Origin: Trypanosoma brucei
Taxonomy: Eukaryota
Assembly (NCBI GenBank): GCA_000002445.1
Contig: CP000066.1
Coordinates: 576,001-640,000, forward strand
Direction of reading: 5' to 3'
DNA: 64,000 nt
This document shows positions 1 through 10,379 of this stretch, one piece after another. The number at the start of each line of letters is the position of its first letter. The stretch's first letter is position 1. The notes beneath the pieces were generated by a model that saw only the letters and a program-made list of their open reading frames with translations, was not told the DNA's origin and made no database searches. Position numbers and translations under genes: made by a program.

Positions 1-594
1 TAGTAAAACAGCCATATCTGCCGCTACGCTACCACCGCCATTCCCCCTGTTACTCTCCCCATTTGAGGCACATTTTGTATGAAGTTCAATCGCTTTGGAG
101 AAGTGCCGCACAGCACTCAAATACTCGCCCTTCGTCATGGCTTCCTTTCCCTGCTCGATACCCTTGCGATAGTAGTAAGAGTCAAGGGTGTCCTTCGATG
201 CGACACCTCGGCCACTGCGCATCAGCTCTAACACTAGCTGATGTTGTTCCTTATACAAAATAGTGTTAGGGTCCAACTCGTAGGCACGAGCATAGTGTCG
301 CGAGGCCTCCTCGTAGTGCTTGAGCCCGTGGTAGGCTGCTGCCATTCGCCCATGAACTTTGCTGTTGCGGTCGTCCATCTGAAGGGCCTCCTTTGCAGCA
401 CTAAGTGCTTCAGCGAATTGTTCTCGCGCAGCATAACAGGCGCTCATATTAGAAAATGCCCGTATCTTTTGTGCCACTGTGATGTGCTCGTCGGAGCTAA
501 TCGTCTTGTACAAACCAATGGCGGCGATATGATTTCCTTCACGCACAAGGGATGCCGCCTTGACAAAGTTCTCCTCTAACGCTGCATTGGCCAT
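1..594 (-). CDS. TPR-repeat protein, N-terminal 198 codons (ORF runs off the left edge of the window)
   Basis: Own reverse-strand translation from the ATG at 594-592 reads MANAALEENFVKAASLVREGNHIAAIGLYKTISSDEHITVAQKIRAFSNMSACYAAREQFAEALSAAKEALQMDDRNSKVHGRMAAAYHGLKHYEEASRHYARAYELDPN...GEYLSAVRHFSKAIEL. There is no stop down to position 1. The spacing fits 34-residue TPR units. It is absent from the ORF track because it has no stop codon inside the window. Confidence 0.75.
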   Translation of the reverse strand, partial: MANAALEENFVKAASLVREGNHIAAIGLYKTISSDEHITVAQKIRAFSNMSACYAAREQFAEALSAAKEALQMDDRNSKVHGRMAAAYHGLKHYEEASRHYARAYELDPNTILYKEQHQLVLELMRSGRGVASKDTLDSYYYRKGIEQGKEAMTKGEYLSAVRHFSKAIELHTKCASNGESNRGNGGGSVAADMAVLL

Positions 595-1318
595 TGTACC
601 CAATAAACTTCCTCACATATACAAAAAAAAAAGTCTCCTCAGAGACAATTAATGTGACAAAAAGGGGGAGAGATGTCCTCAAAGGTCGTTGAGAAGAGGG
701 AAGAAAAAACAGAATGCGCCACCAAAATGGCAATAGGATGTTTCAGCAGCACACGCCCATATGGGAAAATTATAATAGTATTTGAATGTGGTGCGCGGCT
801 AAGAGTTGCAGGCAGATCGAGAAAACATCTCATCAATACAGACTGCAAGGAACCCCAACTACCTTTCAGCAACCACCTCCACAACCGGAACAGCTCAACA
901 CCAAGTAACTCTTTAAGTGAACACTCCACCAGGCGCAAATTTTTTAATCAAACAAATCCCCTGAACCATGGAGAACCTCCACCCTCACATAGCAACTGGA
1001 GGGCAGCACGAGTCAGAGTTGTCACCACAAAAGGAAGTGAGGCATTTACACCTCGAATGAAATATCAGTCCTCACGCACGCCCAAAACGCAAAATGTCAA
1101 TATAACAGCTAGAGTAGCGATAATAATTCTATGAAAGCACAGCTACAAGAGACTAATAGCAGTCAACGCAGATATCAACAATGTGAAGATACACGTACGA
1201 AGACAAACAATGGCGCACGCAAATCGAATTAAAAAGACCTCCGAATGGGAGGCTGCTATTAAGCGACGATCGACAGAAACAGCGAACGCACCGGTTTAAT
1301 TTTACACTTCGTGTTCGC

Positions 1319-3103
1319 TCAAGCAGTACGGTTGTACACACGCAAAAGATCCCGTTGCTTCAAGGGTAACATATCTATCATTTCGCGAGACAGCTGAACT
1401 TCCTTCTCCGTTTCATCCTCCATAGGGTTTGCAGATGCAAAATCAACGGCCTTTTGAAACATTTGAATGGCAACCGAGATATTCTCGAACTCCTCTCTGG
1501 GATTTTTAAAAACAAATTTTAGCTGCAGCTGGGCAAGTCGCATAGCCGCCCTGAAAAATGGCATCCTGGACTCCGATTCGAGTACCTCAGGTACCACCCC
1601 TGATTTTGGATCTTTCCATGTATCACAGAAACGCCTGTAGAAGGACTGATTGACCCTAACGAGGGCGTTCAGGCTCTTGTCACTCAACGGTTTCTCACCC
1701 TCCACAGGGTCGCTTCTCTGACGGATGCGCAGCTCAACTACTTCCTCATGAATGACGCCGAGGTCAAATAACAGTTGCCTCACCAGTGTCGGGTACGCCT
1801 TGAAACTAAGGTCATCTGGGAATTTCTCTAGTAGTGTCACGCGACGCTGATGCATAGCAATAATACGATCACGGCCCGTCTCGAAATGAATAAGCACCTC
1901 ATACAAACGCGCCTTGTCCTTCATGATCTCGATGTGCTCAGTGCAGCACCCATCGTACACATAAAATTTAAGAGCTTCATTAAACCAGTTGGTCGCAGTT
2001 TTGAAACATTCACGGGCGTCGTCAAAAGTTTCGATAATAGGAGGGAATTCTGGTGGGGGGATGTCAAGGGGAAAATCTTCCCACCAGCCCTCCAATTCGT
2101 CCGGTAGGGGGGCACGTGAAGCACAACCACGCTTGACATCAGCATAGTGCTGCAGGCGATGCAAGTAGAACCTTCCGTGTGCCCACGCCACAACACCGAG
2201 GGTCTCCTCAGTTGGATTTTCCTTCGGCATTACGAAACGACCAGCACTGAGGCAGTGTAGCGCTTTACCGTAGTCGTAGTAACTACTGTAAAATGCACTC
2301 AGATGCAGGGCGTTCGTAGCCCAGTCCTTCTTGGAGAACTCCATCTTGTTGAGTAGCTGACTGTACAGCGTTCTGTGGCAGTAACGCGAAGCCATCGCTG
2401 TCATCTGCGATGCTGAATAAACCTGCGCCAAAAAGAAAAGTGTAGATGTAAATGCCGTATCCATTTCGTACCTTGCAGTGTATATTGCCAGTGCATCTGT
2501 GGATATGCTTTCGCGGTCAAGCCCGCCGCTTTCTTTAACAGGAACTTGTTGCATCACGCAACTTCCAGGTAACGATTCAAACCACTTGTTCCAATTGTTA
2601 TATCCCTTTTCGGCAACATGAAGAACCTGCTTGGCATCGTTGAGACGCAATGTCGCATCCCGATTAGAGAAGTAGAGCCCTAGTGCATTATGAACCCGCA
2701 GAAACTCAGTTGCGAATGCAAAACGGTGGGTCGCGTCTATGTAAGGTGCCTCGTTCTGCAGTATTAACTCTATTGGGTGGGGTGTGATGTTCTCAACATC
2801 GGCCAACAGTTCCTCCTTAGCACCGGAAAGAGTAACAGAGTATGCCTTGCGCAGCTCTGTCATGCCCTCCTCTTCTTCCGATGTTTCCAACATGTTTAAA
2901 CCAATGAATATACCACACCGGCAAACTTGACTAAGCGCAGTAAAACTAGGCGACTCTCTGTATGCATTCACAACAGAGTCCCTTAATGATTGCATTTGGC
3001 TCCTGGCCGTGAACTTGGGCTCTAGAACGTTACGCCTCGGTCCCTCCTCTTCACTTAGTTTTACGATGGCATCGTATGACAACGTGAACGCAGTGTGGTC
3101 CAT
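1319..3103 (-). CDS. KIF1-binding protein (KBP/KIFBP) homologue
   Basis: 594-aa ATG-initiated ORF. Segments LFFLAQVYSASQMTAMASRYCHRTLYSQL, WATNALHLSAFY, ALHCLSAGRFV and the C-terminal LSREMIDMLPLK align with my recollection of human KBP (YFYLAQVYQHLEMFEKAAHYCHSTLKRQL, ARHCLSAANVIF, LSKEMVSLLPTK). Confidence 0.8.
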   Translation of the reverse strand: MDHTAFTLSYDAIVKLSEEEGPRRNVLEPKFTARSQMQSLRDSVVNAYRESPSFTALSQVCRCGIFIGLNMLETSEEEEGMTELRKAYSVTLSGAKEELLADVENITPHPIELILQNEAPYIDATHRFAFATEFLRVHNALGLYFSNRDATLRLNDAKQVLHVAEKGYNNWNKWFESLPGSCVMQQVPVKESGGLDRESISTDALAIYTARYEMDTAFTSTLFFLAQVYSASQMTAMASRYCHRTLYSQLLNKMEFSKKDWATNALHLSAFYSSYYDYGKALHCLSAGRFVMPKENPTEETLGVVAWAHGRFYLHRLQHYADVKRGCASRAPLPDELEGWWEDFPLDIPPPEFPPIIETFDDARECFKTATNWFNEALKFYVYDGCCTEHIEIMKDKARLYEVLIHFETGRDRIIAMHQRRVTLLEKFPDDLSFKAYPTLVRQLLFDLGVIHEEVVELRIRQRSDPVEGEKPLSDKSLNALVRVNQSFYRRFCDTWKDPKSGVVPEVLESESRMPFFRAAMRLAQLQLKFVFKNPREEFENISVAIQMFQKAVDFASANPMEDETEKEVQLSREMIDMLPLKQRDLLRVYNRTA

Positions 3104-3398
3104 CTAAGAAAGTAGAGGTGTAAAAATTAAATTTCTTCCCCTGTCACAGATGCCAAAAGGTTCAGAAGCAATGTCAAGGATGTCAGCTGTAGGCAATAGG
3201 GGCTCAGTGGGTTAGCCCCAGGAGTGTATAAAACGCCAACCTTCAGAAAAGCAGCTAAACGAAGTAAATCAAAACAGAAATGGAGGGGCACATACTCGAG
3301 TTCAACAACCTACTATTCCGCCAACAGCGGAAAGACGTGAATCTTTAAGTTACCACCAAACAAATAAAAGCTAACCTTACTATGGGAAGAAATGCACT

Positions 3399-4061
3399 TC
3401 ACATAAAGTTGTCATCACCATCGGGAACGTTGGCAGCACCACCCTCATCCCCTATGGTGTCCAATCCCAGTGCATCTCCTGCTGAAGAGCCACCCTTTGC
3501 GGATGCCCCTTCCTTCCCCGGTTGCTCCCGCTTGTCACCCTTTGTTTGCTTCATTTTTCCTTCACAAACCTTACTTGCGTTTGATACCTTGTCCTTAATG
3601 GTCCTGAGGGTGTCAAGGGCGTTGCCTGACTTAAACTCACGGGCTATATCACGGAAAACGACAGAAAGGATTGAGTTGAAGTGTGGAGACTCAGAAAAGC
3701 TAAGAAGGCGGTCAGCCAATACGACACCGAGCGCCTCCGCCTCCGCGGCAGTGTTGACGGGCATGTCAGCGATGAGCTTTACGGCGTTCTCACTGTCTTT
3801 TACCACATTCAGGGCTTCCCCGGCACTGCTTGCCGTGCTTTTCATATCTTCAAGAGCCCTTGCAACGTCAGCGGGTAATAGCTCCTCCTCTTCAGTTCGT
3901 GCAGAAGCTCTGGCACGTCTTCGCTGCCTTTCCTTCTCCAGTAGGGCTTGTTGTTCTCGCAGTTTTCGCTTAAGGGCTTCCTCCTCGGCAGCTTCTCCTT
4001 GCTGGGCTTCAACCTCCCAGTCATCAGCAGCGTCGTCATACTCATGGTAGTCCTCCTCCAT
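3399..4061 (-). CDS. Acidic protein, tentatively translation initiation factor eIF3 subunit J-like
   Basis: 220-aa ATG ORF on the PTU strand. It has an acidic N-terminus with a DDW motif (EYDDAADDWEVEAQ), then a K/E/R-rich helix. The C-terminal half (FNSILSVVFRDIAREFKSGNALDTLRTIKDKV) resembles the recalled eIF3j pattern (FLEVLVRDVCISLEIDDLKKITNSL). The CDS is solid but the function is tentative. Confidence 0.55.
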   Translation of the reverse strand: MEEDYHEYDDAADDWEVEAQQGEAAEEEALKRKLREQQALLEKERQRRRARASARTEEEELLPADVARALEDMKSTASSAGEALNVVKDSENAVKLIADMPVNTAAEAEALGVVLADRLLSFSESPHFNSILSVVFRDIAREFKSGNALDTLRTIKDKVSNASKVCEGKMKQTKGDKREQPGKEGASAKGGSSAGDALGLDTIGDEGGAANVPDGDDNFM

Positions 4062-4930
4062 GGCTATAAGAAGCTAGTTTACCTTTATTTAAAAAAATCC
4101 CTGGCGCACGCCAGACGTTAAGTGGAATTCAAAAGTATCAAGTACAGCCACATACGCGTGCTTCACAGCACCATCACCATAAATTGAGAATAAAGAATAG
4201 TGTCGGGAACAGAAATAAACTTTAAGTGGTCGTTCATTTATTTCCTTCCGATTCTGACGCAGGCGAAATACTCATTTCTTTTTTTCGGTAAATGCCCTTC
4301 CCTTTTTAGACAAAAAAAAACATCTCACTCAACGAGGAGTCGAACAGACGCATCACGTATCGTATAGAAATGTGCAAAGAAACATAATCGCTATTTACTC
4401 CCGCTTACTCAGAGAGTGAAGAACTGCACAGCGAAGAAGAGTGGACCGCGTGCTGACAGTCCCACCACAGAAAACAATCCTATGCTGAGCTCTTTTTGTT
4501 GTTGCCGTTGAGGACTTGTAGCGGTAACATGACTTGAAATTGTGAATCAGTGTGTGTACGTCGCTACGTACATTTAGCACTGACGGATCATGAGTTCCCT
4601 CATCCAAGACGTGTCTCGCCCCTCCTCCATGTACAACCACGGTTTCCCACTCTCCCCCACACCCGTCCTTCTTTACCAAACGTTCCCCTTCCTCGATTTT
4701 TCTTTAACCCCACAAACCCAAGGGAAAAGAAAAAACGCTGCTCACACGTGCCGTTCATTGCTTTATTTGCTTTAATGCCCCCCCCCTTTTACCTTCAACA
4801 AAACATACTCCGTCTCGCTCACATTGCCCGAACCCTTAGACGTCACAAGGGGGGAAATTGTACCAAATTTCCCCTCAAGTTCCTACTGTATAAACAAATA
4901 AACGGAAAAGAAAAAAAGCGATATTGCGCT

Positions 4931-5836
4931 TTAGATTGCCCTCTTTTTCATTAACTCAGCCATCAGCGCCCCGAGCTGAGCGGGTGAATGGGCCACAACG
5001 GCACCTGCAGCTTCAAGTGCTTCCATCTTTCCTTTCGCAGTCCCCTGCCCACCAGAGACAACAGCCCCAGCGTGACCCATTCTGCGTCCTGGGGGGGCAG
5101 TGGCACCACCAATGAAAGTAACCAAAGGTTTCTTGATGGGATGATTCTTTATGAATTCTGCAGCCTCTTCCTCAGCAGTACCACCGATCTCACCAATGAG
5201 AATGATACCTTCAGTTCCAGGATCTTCCAGATACAACTTAACGCAGTCGATCATGTTGGTACCGTTGAACGGATCGCCACCAATTCCCACGCACAACGAC
5301 TGTCCAAGGTTGACGGCTGTTGTTTGGGCAACAGCCTCGTAAGTAAGGGTGCCACTTCGGGAAACCACACCAATGCAGCCCTTCTTGTGGATGTGGCCAG
5401 GCATAATACCAATCTTGCACTCCTCCGGGCGAATAATACCCGGACAGTTAGGACCTATCAGCCGGGTCTTGTTCTGGGAGAGAAGCATAGATTTTACGCG
5501 GAGCATATCCCACTGCGGAATCCCTTCAGTGATAACAACAACCAGGGGAACTTCGGCAACCAAAGCCTCCTCCACTGCTGCAGCGCAGTGAGGAGCAGGG
5601 ACATAAATAACAGTAGCGTCGGCCCCAGTGTTTTTCACTGCCTCAGCAACCGTACCAAAGACAGGCAGGTTAAGGTAGGTCGAACCCGCTTTCTTAGGGT
5701 TCACTCCGCCCACCATTTTGGTGCCATAAGCAATCGCCTGCTCAGTGTGGTATGTGCCGTGCTTCCCCGTTATACCTTGGCATATGACCTTAGTGTTTTG
5801 GTTAATCCACAAGCGGCGAACTGTCCTTGAGAGCAT
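4931..5836 (-). CDS. Succinyl-CoA ligase (synthetase) alpha subunit, mitochondrial
   Basis: 301 aa. It has the CoA-binding N-terminus [36 protein letters not shown], the motif IGPNCPGII, and the phosphohistidine loop [20 protein letters not shown]. These are classic SCS-alpha signatures. Confidence 0.97.
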   Translation of the reverse strand: MLSRTVRRLWINQNTKVICQGITGKHGTYHTEQAIAYGTKMVGGVNPKKAGSTYLNLPVFGTVAEAVKNTGADATVIYVPAPHCAAAVEEALVAEVPLVVVITEGIPQWDMLRVKSMLLSQNKTRLIGPNCPGIIRPEECKIGIMPGHIHKKGCIGVVSRSGTLTYEAVAQTTAVNLGQSLCVGIGGDPFNGTNMIDCVKLYLEDPGTEGIILIGEIGGTAEEEAAEFIKNHPIKKPLVTFIGGATAPPGRRMGHAGAVVSGGQGTAKGKMEALEAAGAVVAHSPAQLGALMAELMKKRAI

Positions 5837-6245
5837 TTCAAATAATGTTTAACTTTAGTCACCTGAGAACACTTAAAGCGAACAAAGAAAATATGTTGTA
5901 TACGTTGTTGTGGGCATGTTAATAATCATTATTCACAGTTACTTACAGGAAAACATTGACCATCCTTTATCATGGAGGCAGAAAACATTAACAACTAACT
6001 TAGGCATGTCTGTATCAGACGAAAATAATGCGCCACGACGTGTGGTTATAATCTTGCACAACAATATATGTATGTGTGTGTAGGAAGAAGCCGGAAAGTG
6101 ATCAATATGACGAAAGAAAGGGAATAACCGCAACGTAATCAAGCGTTGAAAAGCGAGAGAAATTAAGAAGTAAAAACTCAACACAGCTTCCACTCAACCA
6201 ACTCCAAGTCTACTACATCGGCATTTTCACCGATTCCCCTCACTT

Positions 6246-7445
6246 TTAAACCCCAATAGAGATCTTAACTGGAGGACGCGCCACCGTTTGATGAGGGAAC
6301 GCCGCGGGTAATCTAATGTCCTTCTTTTGCGCAAGCACGGTGGGTGGAGGAAGCTCGAATGAATCTTCGGTTGCATTTGTGCGGTGCACCAAAGAGTTGA
6401 TTTTTCGACAGCGCTCAATATTTCTTTGAACAAAAATGCGGCAATCATCAACTAGTTCATCACCCCGAAATGGCAGCTTTTTTTTCTGTAAACCAGATGC
6501 CCTTTTTTCGGTGATGGCATTCGCCGCCAACAAATCAGACTGACTCGCAAGCCACAAACCGGCGGCAGGGTTGCTATCAAACAAACCACTGGAGGCATAC
6601 GAGTACGTTAAAGACTTGAACACATCAACCTTCAGCTTCACAAACGTCAGAACTTCATTGAATATGTTGTGATCGACTGCAACGCAGTTCAGGCCTACTT
6701 TATGAGCCTCTTCGTATATTTTAAAGGTTTGATGGAGGAGTCCCACGGTAAGCATCTTTCCTTCACTTTGTCCGTTTTCAGTGGATCTTGCTGACCCTAT
6801 CTCTTGCGCTTGACCTATGGCAACAAGGTGACAAAACTCCAAAACAGATGCCGAGACGTCCCCGGGTCTGGCGAGTCGTACGTCACCAACTACGTATAAT
6901 TCCATGTCATCAGAGATATCCTTGACAAGACAAAAATATCCGGCAGCTTGTAAAAGATAATGGTAGCATTCCTTCTGAAGGGCAGATGCGTGACCATGCG
7001 CCGATTGCCAACATACTAACCGTTCGCTCACATTCACCAGAATAACCCCGACGTTAAAGTACATGTTCTGTAAATCATAACGAAAGTCGTCAAAGTAAAT
7101 AGTCTCTTGTGGTGAAAGGCACGGAGTCCAACAATAATAATATCCATCTGCTAGGACGGGGTAGTGGTAGAGCAAGGCAGCTAGTTCCTTCGCATAGTCA
7201 TTGACAGCATCGACGACACAGTTGATCACCTTCTCACGCTCCTCAAAATTCTTCCAAAACCCAGTCGCATAATTATTGCTCTGCTTGAACTGGTCACGAA
7301 CCGAGCCAAACTTCGCAATGCACTCAGCTCTCCTTAACTCAAAACTCCTTTTCACGTTAGGAGGTATACTCTTCCAATTTGCATCAACTTTTTCACTAGG
7401 AACAACGGACTCCTTCAAGGCAAAAGTGACAAACCTAAGTAACAT
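6246..7445 (-). CDS. Conserved hypothetical protein, possibly BRO1-like domain
   Basis: The ORF-track start at 7451 is GTG, and the first ATG is at 7445 (399 aa). Long amphipathic helices (YFNVGVILVNVSERL, ECYHYLLQAAGYFCLVKD, VLEFCHLVAIGQAQEIGSARS, LLHQTFKIYEEAHK) are reminiscent of BRO1/BROX-type domains. This is unconfirmed without an HMM search. Confidence 0.6.
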   Translation of the reverse strand: MLLRFVTFALKESVVPSEKVDANWKSIPPNVKRSFELRRAECIAKFGSVRDQFKQSNNYATGFWKNFEEREKVINCVVDAVNDYAKELAALLYHYPVLADGYYYCWTPCLSPQETIYFDDFRYDLQNMYFNVGVILVNVSERLVCWQSAHGHASALQKECYHYLLQAAGYFCLVKDISDDMELYVVGDVRLARPGDVSASVLEFCHLVAIGQAQEIGSARSTENGQSEGKMLTVGLLHQTFKIYEEAHKVGLNCVAVDHNIFNEVLTFVKLKVDVFKSLTYSYASSGLFDSNPAAGLWLASQSDLLAANAITEKRASGLQKKKLPFRGDELVDDCRIFVQRNIERCRKINSLVHRTNATEDSFELPPPTVLAQKKDIRLPAAFPHQTVARPPVKISIGV

Positions 7446-7616
7446 CAACACACTGATCTGCTGTTCTCAGCAGTGTTCCCAGGGGAGCCACACAAGTATG
7501 GGGGAAGTGCAAGCAATTTACTGTTCAAAACAATACATGCACATGAGCAGTAAGACAACCAATAAAAAAAATGATAGCAACTGTCACAAAAAATAAGGAA
7601 GTCGTGTAGGCGTTTG

Positions 7617-8513
7617 TCAAAGACATGCGGACGACAAATGCGCTATGTTCTCCTTACCCAAAACAGCTAGACACTCCGACAACAGCATTTCCATATCTTT
7701 GAAATATTCACCTTGCTCGCTGACTAGATTGGACACGGGGTTGTACTGGAGATATTCATCAACATCAGTACAGTCACTGGTAGGAAGGGTAGTTGCCCCT
7801 GACACGCATTTCTGAACTAAGGAAGGATCATCGGTATTAGGCACACACTCACACCGGTTCTCTAAAAGTGGCGATGTATGCTTCACGTAATATCCACGCA
7901 TCTCGCTAAGTGCCAGCATGACCACTTCATTGCGTGAAACATGTTCCTCATCCCATAGGAAGTTACGAACCTCCGTCTCCTGTTGAATTAACCGAGTAAT
8001 CGAATTACCGACCCGAATATCGTTGAGTCCTTGCTCCAGGATTCTTCGTGACGCTGCGAGATCCGCCAACTGTGTTGCAACCTTGTGAACGTTGGTACGG
8101 CAGCGGTCCAAGCGAACTGCCAAACATTCTAGCAATCTTTCCATATACTCTGATTTCTCTGCGAAATTTTTCGTCACATCTTTTATGCCCCGTCTAACCG
8201 ATACTAGCGTCGTGTCAGGTTCAGTCTGCGTGGATGAAGAAAATGTGAAACATTCCGTCTGCGTATCACGGTTTGTAGGTTGTTGAGCGCACTGGATCCC
8301 AACATCTTTCAGATATATGGAATGTTGCACACCTTTACTGAAGATTTTTGACTCTGTTTGGATAGATTTGGAAAACGAGCTTGGCGGGGCCACCACGGGT
8401 TTCCCCTCTATGCTGGGTTGTTGCAACTTATCCTTCCTTGGGTAGCCTTCTATGGACGCTATTACCTCATCGGCGATAGCCAATATACTTTCGGTCTCCC
8501 TCTTCACGGTCAT
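7617..8513 (-). CDS. Hypothetical protein (298 aa)
   Basis: ATG ORF on the PTU strand with non-repetitive composition. It contains an internal duplicated motif, SEYMERLLECLAV and EYFKDMEMLLSECLAV. No family was recognised. Confidence 0.65.
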   Translation of the reverse strand: MTVKRETESILAIADEVIASIEGYPRKDKLQQPSIEGKPVVAPPSSFSKSIQTESKIFSKGVQHSIYLKDVGIQCAQQPTNRDTQTECFTFSSSTQTEPDTTLVSVRRGIKDVTKNFAEKSEYMERLLECLAVRLDRCRTNVHKVATQLADLAASRRILEQGLNDIRVGNSITRLIQQETEVRNFLWDEEHVSRNEVVMLALSEMRGYYVKHTSPLLENRCECVPNTDDPSLVQKCVSGATTLPTSDCTDVDEYLQYNPVSNLVSEQGEYFKDMEMLLSECLAVLGKENIAHLSSACL

Positions 8514-8706
8514 TACGCCTTCGGGAAGAAAACCAACATATGATAGCAGAATTTTCTCTCACTTAGTTAAAAGAAAGCATGCACAGGATATTTCCATTTG
8601 TGCCACGTTGTAACAAAAGCAGAAGGTCGTCATAATCCTCTTTTACGAAGATAATCGAAATAAATCCCAATAATAACAATTCGGTGCCACAGTAAAATCA
8701 GACAGT

Positions 8707-9393
8707 TCATGAACTCTGCTTCATCCCACTATAATATGTCCTCCCAAAATACCCCTTTGGCCGAGCTTCGTAACGTGGTGCCAAGTTTTGTAGTGGCTGC
8801 ATCTCCATCTCTTTGTATGGACTACGCTTCACATCTTCCGCTGTTATTTCGTCCACAGTCCAATCCCTGGGTCTCTCATCGTCCCTGTGTAGCAAATGGT
8901 CGTTCTGTTCAATTGCGTCAATTTGTGATTGCTCTGTTACACCATATTCTCCTAACGTCTTTTGTGGGTCCAATTCTTTCCCATCGATAGCAAGATGAAA
9001 GGACGAAACACAAAGATAGGGAGACTGATTCTCAACGAGAACAAGATCCTTTACTTGTGCAATAGTACTGTCTTTCGGAGCCATAATCTGAACAACCTGC
9101 ATACGCTGCTCCCAGCCAGATGTAACCCAGGTAAATATTTTGAACCTTATTCTTAATGGAATTAGGTGCTGCACCCTCGGGTCGTCAGTTACTGCCCGCC
9201 AATAGTGCCTGTCAGTATCATGAAGAATGGACTCTAAGCTCCCCGAATAAAAGCGCGTATCTCCAGGTGTCGCTGCTCGGATGGGTCCAGGATATGTCGT
9301 GGACTCTTCAAACCGTTTTCGGGCTTCAAACGCCTCCTGCTGGTAGTGTCCAAGAAGTCCTGCCTTCAACAGAGAAAGGGCGCCGCGCCTCAT
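8707..9393 (-). CDS. Hypothetical protein with possible ubiquitin-like fold; first gene of PTU-A
   Basis: 228-aa ATG ORF. The segment VVQIMAPKDSTIAQVKDLVLVENQ...LAIDGKELDPQKTLGEYGVTEQSQI looks like a ubiquitin-like beta-grasp pattern. It is the gene closest to the divergent strand switch. Confidence 0.6.
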   Translation of the reverse strand: MRRGALSLLKAGLLGHYQQEAFEARKRFEESTTYPGPIRAATPGDTRFYSGSLESILHDTDRHYWRAVTDDPRVQHLIPLRIRFKIFTWVTSGWEQRMQVVQIMAPKDSTIAQVKDLVLVENQSPYLCVSSFHLAIDGKELDPQKTLGEYGVTEQSQIDAIEQNDHLLHRDDERPRDWTVDEITAEDVKRSPYKEMEMQPLQNLAPRYEARPKGYFGRTYYSGMKQSS

Positions 9394-9510
9394 CTGCCGG
9401 CAGACAGCCCGATAACAAACTTTTGTGAAAGCGAGTGAAAATTAAAAAAGGCAGGTTTTTTCTTTTTAATGAGACACAGCGGTATATTGCAAGGTGTAAG
9501 CAATCCCCTA

Positions 9511-9521
9511 CCCCCCCCCCC
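9511..9521 (-). promoter_or_regulatory. G11 tract (C11 on the plus strand) 118 nt upstream of the first PTU-A start codon
   Basis: Counted directly: c at 9511-9521, preceded by cccc-ta. G-runs on the transcribed strand have been described at T. brucei divergent SSRs. Confidence 0.5.
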
Positions 9522-10379
9522 ATCTTAACAGGTGGAGTGCGCAGCTATATACACGCACACATATGTGCATATCCATGCCCGAAAAAGGCAAATAATCCTA
9601 GAGTCGCGGGCGCGCACGAAGAAACAGGTCTGGAAGCTTCCAAAACAACGTGCCAGTAGACAGCATACAATAGAGCAACAAAACGATAGCAGACAACTCT
9701 ACACGTTGTCTTCAAGGAAGGTTTCCACACTTCTGCAAAGCAGACAAGAGGAAATCGAAAGTGACAGGACCGAAAAGGGTTAATAAACCCAAAACACCAG
9801 TACAGCCAGCCCACCCACTGTCCGCCAAAACGGGACCACTGTCTAATGAAATTTAGACATCTGCAGACCCTCAGAAAACTACGGCCCCAAATTCCTCAGT
9901 AGTAGATGCGACCTTTTATCCCCGAAATAAATTTAAAAAGTGGAGGATAGCGCATACAATACTTACCATTTCCCCCAGCCAAACTTCCCGATGCGAAAGT
10001 CTGAGGACCCGCAGGGAACGGCACTGCACTCTGTCCTCTTTCTCAAATTGAAGGACGGAACAAGATGTTAGTAGACAGAATGATAGTTGTCCGGTTCTGT
10101 GGCTTTTCGGGAAACCGATAAATGACATTATTGAAGGAATGGCAGGATGATTTGAAAAATCGACCGTAAAAAAAAAAGAAAGAAACTACTGAGACATCTG
10201 GCGTTCGAAAGCTGGCCATCTCGGAACGAACGCAAGGCAGTGCGACTATACAGATGTCGGGGTGCTGCCACTAAACCTAAGAAACGCTACAGCATCTGCG
10301 AAAAGAAAGGGAATGAAAAGGCCAGAACTGTTAGCCCTCATGCCAAAGGTTGCGGTTGCCCCTAGAAACATCTTAGCTT

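Larger units (their letters stand above)
1..9393 (-). other. PTU-A: minus-strand polycistronic gene array (7 CDS)
   Basis: All convincing ORFs between 1 and 9393 are on the minus strand. They are intron-less and separated by short spacers that are purine-rich on the plus strand, i.e. pyrimidine-rich on the coding strand. Confidence 0.85.

Noticed and set aside
3382-4050. 222-aa plus-strand ORF almost exactly overlapping the 3399-4061 minus-strand gene
   Set aside because: Its Ser/Ala/Pro-rich composition is the mirror image of the E/A/K-rich sense gene. It lies on the wrong strand for this PTU, so it is an antisense shadow ORF.
4099-4114. ccctggcgcacgccag palindrome, reminiscent of the first bases of the ingi/L1Tc-type retroposon 5' signature
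   Set aside because: It is only 16 nt. There is no further similarity that I can recognise, and no poly(A) tail or target-site duplication nearby. It is most likely a chance palindrome in a spacer.
4988-5830. 280-aa plus-strand ORF antisense to succinyl-CoA ligase alpha
   Set aside because: The minus-strand frame carries unmistakable SCS-alpha motifs. The antisense frame has no recognisable features and opposes PTU polarity.
10195-10235. tRNA-like T-loop string gcgttcgaaagc, and the hairpin gcgttcg...cgaacgc
   Set aside because: The loop length and stem do not fit a tRNA T-arm, and no acceptor, D or anticodon arms could be built on either strand. It is just a 7-bp local hairpin.
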